IMG/VR virus record: IMGVR_UViG_3300046616_000314
Location: 372,001 to 436,000 of that record
Length of the DNA: 64,000 nt
Direction: 5' to 3' (one strand)
Shown here: positions 8,821 through 14,649 of the stretch, piece by piece
Layout: every line of letters starts with the position of its first letter
Position numbering within the stretch: the stretch's first letter is position 1
Made by a program: the position numbers and the translations under genes
Notes under the pieces: generated by a model
Database searches by the model: none
Told to the model about the DNA's origin: nothing
The model's input: the letters and a program-made list of their open reading frames with translations, nothing else

Positions 8821-8821
8821 C

Positions 8822-9031
8822 TTAGCCCCATTTCAATTTGAATAGTGTTTGGTCTTCAATATTATGAATAACGATATACGTCACCATAGTCCATCGACCA
8901 TCGCGGCGAACATAATCTGGCATCATACACCAATTACCAGAGAGACACCGATGGCACCAATCGCCACATGCGTTGTAGACCGCATGGGAAATTTCGAACT
9001 TGTCGTCGGTCCAATCTCCAACTTGGATCAT
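8822..9031 (-). CDS. FKLKW-family paralog, member 34
   Basis: Ends HNIEDQTLFKLKWG; DWCHRC core. Confidence 0.88.
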   Translation of the reverse strand: MIQVGDWTDDKFEISHAVYNACGDWCHRCLSGNWCMMPDYVRRDGRWTMVTYIVIHNIEDQTLFKLKWG

Positions 9032-9246
9032 CCGAATTTCATCTTGAACAACATGGCATCTTCGTCACTGTCGAAAATGACATAATACGCTCTATATTTT
9101 CCGGTGGGACCAAGCACGAGATCATCATAAAAATACGACCGCTTCAGATTTTGTTTTGTCCAATACCTAGACGCCCAAAAGGTCGCTTGGGTGATTTCAT
9201 AGCGATTGGCGAAATGTCCGTTGCTTAGTTTCATGCCCCGCACCAC
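9028..9246 (-). CDS. FKLKW-family paralog, member 35
   Basis: Ends VIFDSDEDAMLFKMKFG. Confidence 0.85.
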   Translation of the reverse strand: MVRGMKLSNGHFANRYEITQATFWASRYWTKQNLKRSYFYDDLVLGPTGKYRAYYVIFDSDEDAMLFKMKFG

Positions 9247-9728
9247 TTTATTTTGTATTTCGCGGCTTCGATTTCATCAACGAAATCGATATGCAGTTCG
9301 ACCATTTCGGGTTGATTGGGAACCACATTCGTTCGTTTGATATGGTAGCCCTTCTTGACTTCTTTTTTACACCATTCGCGAACGTGTTCAGGAAAACGCC
9401 AATCCGTATCAATGTATTTCTTTACATCGAAATTATGGCAAGTAATCACCAAGGTATGATACTTGATGAATGCTTCTTTGAATTCGTTCGCGTGTTCACG
9501 GGTCTTGAATGTTATTTCGTAATGGGCGAGCACCGTGCGTTTTTTATCCGACACTAGGTTATGATCGACCGTGGTACTTGTGCGAAGAGTACAGGGATAA
9601 CCCGAATTGGCGATCCAATCGCGAACAGCCGGAAGCAACTCGCCCTTTTTGTTGAAGAAGAACGCTTCATGCAAAATATAATCAACGACATAACGATTGC
9701 CGTGAAAATTTACGCAGATTCTATGCAT
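9231..9728 (-). CDS. FKLKW-family double-domain paralog, member 36 (165 aa)
   Basis: Internal ITFKTREHANEF plus terminal IDFVDEIEAAKYKIKWCGA. Confidence 0.88.
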   Translation of the reverse strand: MHRICVNFHGNRYVVDYILHEAFFFNKKGELLPAVRDWIANSGYPCTLRTSTTVDHNLVSDKKRTVLAHYEITFKTREHANEFKEAFIKYHTLVITCHNFDVKKYIDTDWRFPEHVREWCKKEVKKGYHIKRTNVVPNQPEMVELHIDFVDEIEAAKYKIKWCGA

Positions 9729-10011
9729 TATGCCATTTCAGTTTGAACATGACCATTTCGTCTTCTTTTTCGAAACAGACACAGATATATCCAGGGTACG
9801 AACCGTTCGTACCATATGCGACAATTTCGTATTTTGCCAGGATATTTTCGTCAAACCACGCTTGGGTCTCGGGGTTCAGGCGCAATTGATAGGGATCGAC
9901 CATTTCGTGCAATTGTTCGCGCGACACACCGATTGTAATCTCGTACGGTAATCGTTGTTGAGCCGATCTCATCCGTTGATCGCTCATCGTTCTAGAAGAT
10001 GCCACTTTCAT
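9721..10011 (-). CDS. FKLKW-family paralog, member 37
   Basis: Ends VCFEKEDEMVMFKLKWHNA. Confidence 0.88.
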   Translation of the reverse strand: MKVASSRTMSDQRMRSAQQRLPYEITIGVSREQLHEMVDPYQLRLNPETQAWFDENILAKYEIVAYGTNGSYPGYICVCFEKEDEMVMFKLKWHNA

Positions 10012-10012
10012 A

Positions 10013-10291
10013 CTAGCCCCATTTCAGTTTGAAGATGGTGGCGTGGTCCTCACGATCAAATTCGATAATAAGATAAGATGGGGTGTCATCTGGTGAACGG
10101 CTAAGCATGTCAGCCGAAAAGGCGCCATAACCTTTCATCAAATAGGCATGACTCTCAATCCCGTTGGCACGCATCCATTCACCGATGGCTCCCGTGAATT
10201 TAAATCCTCCGACAGCATACATCATGTCACGAGTCATCGCGTTGATAATCGAGGCGGGTTGATGGAGTGTGACGCGATGAGCTTTGCGCAT
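10013..10291 (-). CDS. FKLKW-family paralog, member 38
   Basis: Ends IEFDREDHATIFKLKWG. Confidence 0.88.
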   Translation of the reverse strand: MRKAHRVTLHQPASIINAMTRDMMYAVGGFKFTGAIGEWMRANGIESHAYLMKGYGAFSADMLSRSPDDTPSYLIIEFDREDHATIFKLKWG

Positions 10292-10597
10292 TTAGAGCCA
10301 CTTCATCTTGAACATCAGAAATTTTTCATCATCATCAAACGGACGCTCGAAACGCAAGATGAGAGAAAACGGAACCGGTGTTGGAGACGCCATATCAAGT
10401 GCTGGCTTAGGAATACCGTTGTCAGCGCACCATTGAGCAACTTCATCACGAACTTGAACCAAGTCCTCATGACGCAATGCCAAACCACTACTGGTGGTCT
10501 TCAACATTACGAGCATCCGAAGTGCGGGAATCCAATCTTCGGGACCTATGGCTTTTGCACGGTCTTCCGTTATAACGATTTCCATCATCAGAGCCAC
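10292..10597 (-). CDS. FKLKW-family paralog, member 39
   Basis: Ends DDEKFLMFKMKWL; QWCADN core. Confidence 0.88.
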   Translation of the reverse strand: MALMMEIVITEDRAKAIGPEDWIPALRMLVMLKTTSSGLALRHEDLVQVRDEVAQWCADNGIPKPALDMASPTPVPFSLILRFERPFDDDEKFLMFKMKWL

Positions 10598-10836
10598 TTC
10601 ATTTTGAACATCAGGGCATTCTCATCGGATTGGAAAGTTAGTTCGTACATAGTTCTAACCCCAGATGGGTTTTCCAGTATGATACGCGATTTAATAATCC
10701 GAGGTAGTTCAATATCATTTTCTGCACACCATGCCCATACGTCATCGGACAATCCGACGTAATGATAGGGCGTACCTTTTACGCTCTGCCATTTCAGCAA
10801 GTGTTCGGACCAAGATATTGAGAGCTTGTTATGCAT
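10588..10836 (-). CDS. FKLKW-family paralog, member 40
   Basis: Ends LTFQSDENALMFKMKWL; AWCAEN core. Confidence 0.88.
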   Translation of the reverse strand: MHNKLSISWSEHLLKWQSVKGTPYHYVGLSDDVWAWCAENDIELPRIIKSRIILENPSGVRTMYELTFQSDENALMFKMKWL

Positions 10837-10880
10837 TAGACTAAGTAGTTGTGTGGCATTGTGTCACCTAGGAGATTATC

Positions 10881-11027
10881 ATGGCTCTATTATTTGCAGT
10901 TCTGGTTCTTGCTGGCTTTGGTTTTTGGTGGTTGGCGACTTGGCCCGTCGCATACGCCGAGCGTATTGCTAAGGGTTTATTCTTTTTCGCAGCCCTTGTG
11001 TGGTTCTTTACTAAGGTAACGATTTAA
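10881..11027 (+). CDS. 48-aa two-helix membrane protein inserted antisense inside the array (MALLFAVLVLAGFGFWWLATWPVAYAERIAKGLFFFAALVWFFTKVTI)
   Basis: Translated by hand; AGGAGA Shine-Dalgarno 5 nt upstream; two hydrophobic segments; followed by a hairpin. Confidence 0.8.
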   Translation: MALLFAVLVLAGFGFWWLATWPVAYAERIAKGLFFFAALVWFFTKVTI

Positions 11028-11034
11028 TAATACT

Positions 11035-11072
11035 ATCGTCGTTCTCTTTCAATCCAGACGGAGAACGACGAT
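11035..11072. terminator. Hairpin ATCGTCGTTCTC-N14-GAGAACGACGAT between convergent genes
   Basis: 12-bp perfect inverted repeat. Confidence 0.65.
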
Positions 11073-11329
11073 CACAACCATTTCATCTTAAACATTAGAG
11101 CATCTTCGTCTGATTTGAAATGTAATAAAATATCCGTCCAATGGGCTGATCCGCCGTTGGGTTCGACGCGGCATCGCCCGATCATTTTAATTTTTGGCAG
11201 GGTTATGTGTTTCTCACACCATGGGCGGATATCATCAGCGATGAACGGTGTGCTAAGAGCTTTGAATCTCTTGTAGCAAAACCATTGGATCACATGATGA
11301 TTTGAATGCACCGTTATAATCATTGCCAT
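11072..11329 (-). CDS. FKLKW-family paralog, member 41
   Basis: Ends LHFKSDEDALMFKMKWL; start refined to the junction MAM. Confidence 0.85.
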   Translation of the reverse strand: MAMIITVHSNHHVIQWFCYKRFKALSTPFIADDIRPWCEKHITLPKIKMIGRCRVEPNGGSAHWTDILLHFKSDEDALMFKMKWL

Positions 11330-11589
11330 TTCAACTTGAATAGAGTCGCGTCTTCTTCTGATTTGAAGAACACTTCGCATATCATATGATCTGACCTTCG
11401 GTTCTTTATAAAAGCACAATCAACACTTACGTAACGATCTGCGCGTCTAAATTTGGGGAATTCCATCCCCTGTTCTTCCATCCAAGCTTCAACGTTGGGA
11501 TGCCATTTGGCTTGGTCCGCAACCGAAGTCTTCTCCGGTGTGAACAGGAAAATATGCGAATACCAAATAACGTCTGTCTTCATTGCCAT
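11320..11589 (-). CDS. FKLKW-family paralog, member 42
   Basis: Ends VFFKSEEDATLFKLKWQ. Confidence 0.88.
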   Translation of the reverse strand: MAMKTDVIWYSHIFLFTPEKTSVADQAKWHPNVEAWMEEQGMEFPKFRRADRYVSVDCAFIKNRRSDHMICEVFFKSEEDATLFKLKWQ

Positions 11590-11855
11590 TTCAATTTAAA
11601 CAAAGCGGCATCTTCTTCGGATGCGAAGAATAGTTCATAGACAGCATGATTAGCCGCCTTACCATCCCTACCAGTAAGGGTTCGGATACGAGGCGAGCGT
11701 TTTATGAATGGAACGAACATTTCATTCGTTTTACACCATGCCAATGCTTCATCGGTAAGCTGTACTCTGAAATTCGAATCGTCGGCTTTACTACGGGTCC
11801 ATTCGAAAATTTCGTTGGTCCAATAGATATCGGTTTGCCAGAATTCAGCTTTCAC
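11580..11855 (-). CDS. FKLKW-family paralog, member 43 (sister of 42)
   Basis: Ends LFFASEEDAALFKLKWQ; GTG start at 11855 overlaps the stop of the upstream passenger gene. Confidence 0.8.
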   Translation of the reverse strand: MKAEFWQTDIYWTNEIFEWTRSKADDSNFRVQLTDEALAWCKTNEMFVPFIKRSPRIRTLTGRDGKAANHAVYELFFASEEDAALFKLKWQ

Positions 11856-12045
11856 TAGGCGAGGCGTCCTTGCCGATCCGAGCCTTGCCAGCCTGAACTT
11901 TCTTGCGTCCAGCTTGCGATAAGGCACCTTCGAATGTTTCGAAGCGTGACGGGACTTTCGCATTGGGATGTTGCCAGATGATCCACGAACCATCGGCTTG
12001 TTTCAGTTCAATGCGCCAGAGGCGTTCAACTTGATCGGTCATCAT
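11845..12045 (-). CDS. 66-aa non-family passenger gene
   Basis: Fills the gap between members 44 and 43; protein-like sequence (LWRIELKQADGSWIIW...FETFEGALSQA). Confidence 0.6.
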   Translation of the reverse strand: MMTDQVERLWRIELKQADGSWIIWQHPNAKVPSRFETFEGALSQAGRKKVQAGKARIGKDASPSES

Positions 12046-12075
12046 CGTTCTCGAAACGTGGCTGATTCCGATATT

Positions 12076-12393
12076 TTACATCCATTTCAGCTTGAATGCA
12101 ACGGCGGCATCTTCACTGTCGAATTCAACTACGTATTCTACGTCAATGAAGCCTCCATCATCGACTTCAACCCGTCTAGCAAAACCCTTGGTGGCGCCAT
12201 CCGAAGTAAATGCTTCCATAACTTCGGAACGAAAATTCCAATAACCATTGGCGAGTGTCCCTTGACACAATGACATTCCAAATTCTTGAATGCGACCGGG
12301 GTGGGTATAACGAGCGGCGGACAGCACGCGATTCAAGCCCAGTGGATCAATAAACGAGCGACGGAACCATGAAACGCGATATGTCATAGCCAC
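12076..12393 (-). CDS. FKLKW-family paralog, member 44
   Basis: Ends VEFDSEDAAVAFKLKWM. Confidence 0.88.
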   Translation of the reverse strand: MAMTYRVSWFRRSFIDPLGLNRVLSAARYTHPGRIQEFGMSLCQGTLANGYWNFRSEVMEAFTSDGATKGFARRVEVDDGGFIDVEYVVEFDSEDAAVAFKLKWM

Positions 12394-12662
12394 TTCAACT
12401 TGAATGCAACCATGTCTTCTTCAGTCTCAAAATCGACATCGTATCTTGCAAAATTTTGACCGGGGACACCAAGGCTTGCACGCATGGCAATTGCGCCGTC
12501 CATTTTGAATAGTTCTAAGACAACGGGACGAATCATCCATTCATCGCCAACGTCTTTACCCTTTGGGGATAAGCAAAGGGTATCTCCGAAGTATTCATAA
12601 ATTCGTTGTGGTTGATGGTCGCGAACGGCTCGAAACCATGTAAGTGTATGTGTCATAACCAT
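12384..12662 (-). CDS. FKLKW-family paralog, member 45
   Basis: Ends VDFETEEDMVAFKLKWL. Confidence 0.88.
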   Translation of the reverse strand: MVMTHTLTWFRAVRDHQPQRIYEYFGDTLCLSPKGKDVGDEWMIRPVVLELFKMDGAIAMRASLGVPGQNFARYDVDFETEEDMVAFKLKWL

Positions 12663-12910
12663 TTCAGCTTAAATGCTACAGCGTCTTCATCGCACGCAAA
12701 ATCAAGTGTTATCGCGATAACACTTCGATCATTATTTGCCCAAGCTGCATGAATAAACTTTATTTCTTTGAAATTAATATTCTTGAACGCCCATGTCTTA
12801 AAATCGTCAGACCATATAGGATTATGTCTCCCCGCGCCGTCTGTATCCAACCGGACGTAGATTTCTAGGACTTTGGGGTATGGAATATAAAATATGCTTG
12901 TCATAGCCAT
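12653..12910 (-). CDS. FKLKW-family paralog, member 46
   Basis: Ends LDFACDEDAVAFKLKWL. Confidence 0.88.
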   Translation of the reverse strand: MAMTSIFYIPYPKVLEIYVRLDTDGAGRHNPIWSDDFKTWAFKNINFKEIKFIHAAWANNDRSVIAITLDFACDEDAVAFKLKWL

Positions 12911-13423
12911 TTCAACTTAAATGCAACCATGTCCTCTGGGGTAACAAAACACATATCCATTTCCGTAGTCTTCATACTATTATCGTTGAAGAATGCGGGC
13001 GGCGTGAGTTTGTGTTCTTCACACCATGCGACCATAGCAAGGCTGAGTTGTAGATACGATCCACCATGCCACATTATGGGATCGTATTTCCCCTTAGTTT
13101 GATATCGAACGGTGGCGCGAATTTTATTTTCTTCGATAAAACGTTTCGCTAGTTCAACACTATCAAATGTGAAGTCACATGAATATCGACTTTCTAGTAA
13201 ACTTATCCTGTCTGGTGTGGTGATCGTATTCGGAGAACGCGACAGATCGCCATCGCAAAGACGTTTCGTTTTGATAACACCAGAACCGGCAGAGGTTCGT
13301 TATCTCGACTTCAGAGGGCGCACGGAAATGTGGGCGATAGATCAGACGCGCTTCTTCACGGGGTTTCTTGATTGTCCCCACACGGCGCCGAAAATTGTTT
13401 GCGAAAATTCCGATCATAGCCAT
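12901..13423 (-). pseudogene. FKLKW-family double-domain member 47, split by a +1 frameshift near 13175-13195
   Basis: Frame A (13423-13175) holds the RFWCYQN core; the +1 frame is open 13299-12901 and reads YSCDFTFDSVELAKRF...AWCEEH...CFVTPEDMVAFKLKWL; fused product about 173 aa. Confidence 0.75.
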
Positions 13424-13674
13424 TTCAGCCTAAAGAGTGTCGCGGCTTCCGTTGAAGTGAATATGAGACGCCAGTGAGGTTTCTTATCCAGGGATCGGAA
13501 GGCTTCGGTAACGTGCAATGCCGGGTGGTTGATACTATTTTTCATGCACCAAACTTTGACGGCGTAATTCATTGCGTAGTGGCTACCACCGAGACAATGG
13601 TATTCGCCGTGTCTATTCAATAACACGATCTTATCGACTTGATCGGGTGTTATCTCAAAGCTCACGTAAGCCAC
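13414..13674 (-). CDS. FKLKW-family paralog, member 48
   Basis: Ends LIFTSTEAATLFRLKWL; VWCMKN core. Confidence 0.88.
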   Translation of the reverse strand: MAYVSFEITPDQVDKIVLLNRHGEYHCLGGSHYAMNYAVKVWCMKNSINHPALHVTEAFRSLDKKPHWRLIFTSTEAATLFRLKWL

Positions 13675-13675
13675 G

Positions 13676-13984
13676 TCACAACCATTTCAATTTGAAAGCG
13701 ACTAGATCATCCTCGGTCTTGAAACCAATGAACCAATGATAACGTTCGCCATTCGGATAGGGCACACCGCCTCCATGGTGTGACAACAGAGGTTCTACCA
13801 TATTTTGGTCGGAACACCATGCTATAATATCGTCGCGAATTCGTTCGCAGACCAAACCGATGCGTTGACGACAGCCATTCTCATCTTGCCAAGCTATATC
13901 ATCCCACTTCCAATAACTCACGGGATGATTGAAACGAGAATCAACTTCAGTCAATTCTTCGCCAGAATAAAATTTCAAAACCAT
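13676..13984 (-). CDS. FKLKW-family paralog, member 49
   Basis: Ends IGFKTEDDLVAFKLKWL; AWCSDQN core. Confidence 0.88.
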   Translation of the reverse strand: MVLKFYSGEELTEVDSRFNHPVSYWKWDDIAWQDENGCRQRIGLVCERIRDDIIAWCSDQNMVEPLLSHHGGGVPYPNGERYHWFIGFKTEDDLVAFKLKWL

Positions 13985-14202
13985 TTCAATTTGAAAAGAG
14001 TTGCATGAGTTTCATCCGCAAATTCGAATCCATAATGACCTAAGTAATTCACCGAGTTAGGATTTATGTCATTGATCTTAAGCCATTGTGCAAATGGTTC
14101 AGCCCATGTGTAATTATAAGACGGCGGCTCGTAATGGAAAATATCATTCAAATTAAGAGAATAACTAGCGGCGACTTTATACGTATTGTTCGTCAAAACC
14201 AT
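13975..14202 (-). CDS. FKLKW-family paralog, member 50
   Basis: Ends FEFADETHATLFKLKWF. Confidence 0.88.
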   Translation of the reverse strand: MVLTNNTYKVAASYSLNLNDIFHYEPPSYNYTWAEPFAQWLKINDINPNSVNYLGHYGFEFADETHATLFKLKWF

Positions 14203-14480
14203 TTCAGTTTAAAAAGGGTTGCTGCGGTTTCTGATGGGAAGTCCAGCGTCATCCATGATGGACAACCATCCGAATGTCTTTTTTCAATATCGAGCATTCC
14301 ACAAGACTGAAAAAACACGTTGGACGAATCAAGGTTATTGAATCTGAACCACTCGACTACATGATCTGCCCAAATAGGCACAAATACCCCAGGATCGGTT
14401 TCTTGAATCCCACGGTACAGTTTGCGCATATTCGCTAGGTCAAGATAGCCGGTGATTCTATACACTGGTTGGTTCAGCAA
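14193..14480 (-). CDS. FKLKW-family paralog, member 51 (first transcribed; sister of 50)
   Basis: Ends LDFPSETAATLFKLKWF. Confidence 0.88.
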   Translation of the reverse strand: MLNQPVYRITGYLDLANMRKLYRGIQETDPGVFVPIWADHVVEWFRFNNLDSSNVFFQSCGMLDIEKRHSDGCPSWMTLDFPSETAATLFKLKWF

Positions 14481-14640
14481 TCAGACCAAGGATTTTAGCG
14501 GGGAAATCTTTGGTGTTCCACATATGCTCAGTACCGCAAGTGGTCCAGCAATCACCATCCCAGTTGGCGACCATCATTTCAGGATACTTGGAGTCAGGAC
14601 CCCAAATAACCCAATAATAACCCTCTACGTACTTTGCCAT
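14458..14640 (-). CDS. Small Trp-rich hypothetical phage protein
   Basis: 60 aa, EGYYWVIW...ANWDGDCW; sits between gp47 and the array. Confidence 0.65.
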   Translation of the reverse strand: MAKYVEGYYWVIWGPDSKYPEMMVANWDGDCWTTCGTEHMWNTKDFPAKILGLIAEPTSV

Positions 14641-14649
14641 ATCTAGTCC

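Larger units (their letters stand above)
88..14480 (-). repeat. Tandem array of 51 FKLKW-family paralogous genes with a recurring ~40 bp junction (minus-strand consensus GAAGAyGC-N~7-TTyAArNTGAArTGGyTATGA)
   Basis: The same C-terminal peptide and the same overlapping stop/start junction recur every ~200-320 bp. Confidence 0.95.

Noticed and set aside
10148-10762. Long plus-strand ORFs over the array (also 6878-7345, 5425-5745, 11968-12273 and similar)
   Set aside because: Antisense shadows of the coupled minus-strand genes. Their recurring HSHFNLN-type text is just the reverse complement of the junction motif.
11580-11993. 137-aa version of member 43
   Set aside because: The basic N-terminal 45 aa overlap a more plausible 66-aa gene in another frame; GTG 11855 gives the normal family length and coupling.
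88-14480. CRISPR array (regular repeats with unique spacers)
   Set aside because: Units are 200-320 bp and protein-coding, the repeats are degenerate and follow codon structure, and no cas genes are present.
88-14480. Classical integron cassette array
   Set aside because: I saw no attC-type RYYYAAC...GTTRRRY boundaries or long imperfect hairpins, and no tyrosine recombinase in the window. Only the loose analogy is kept.
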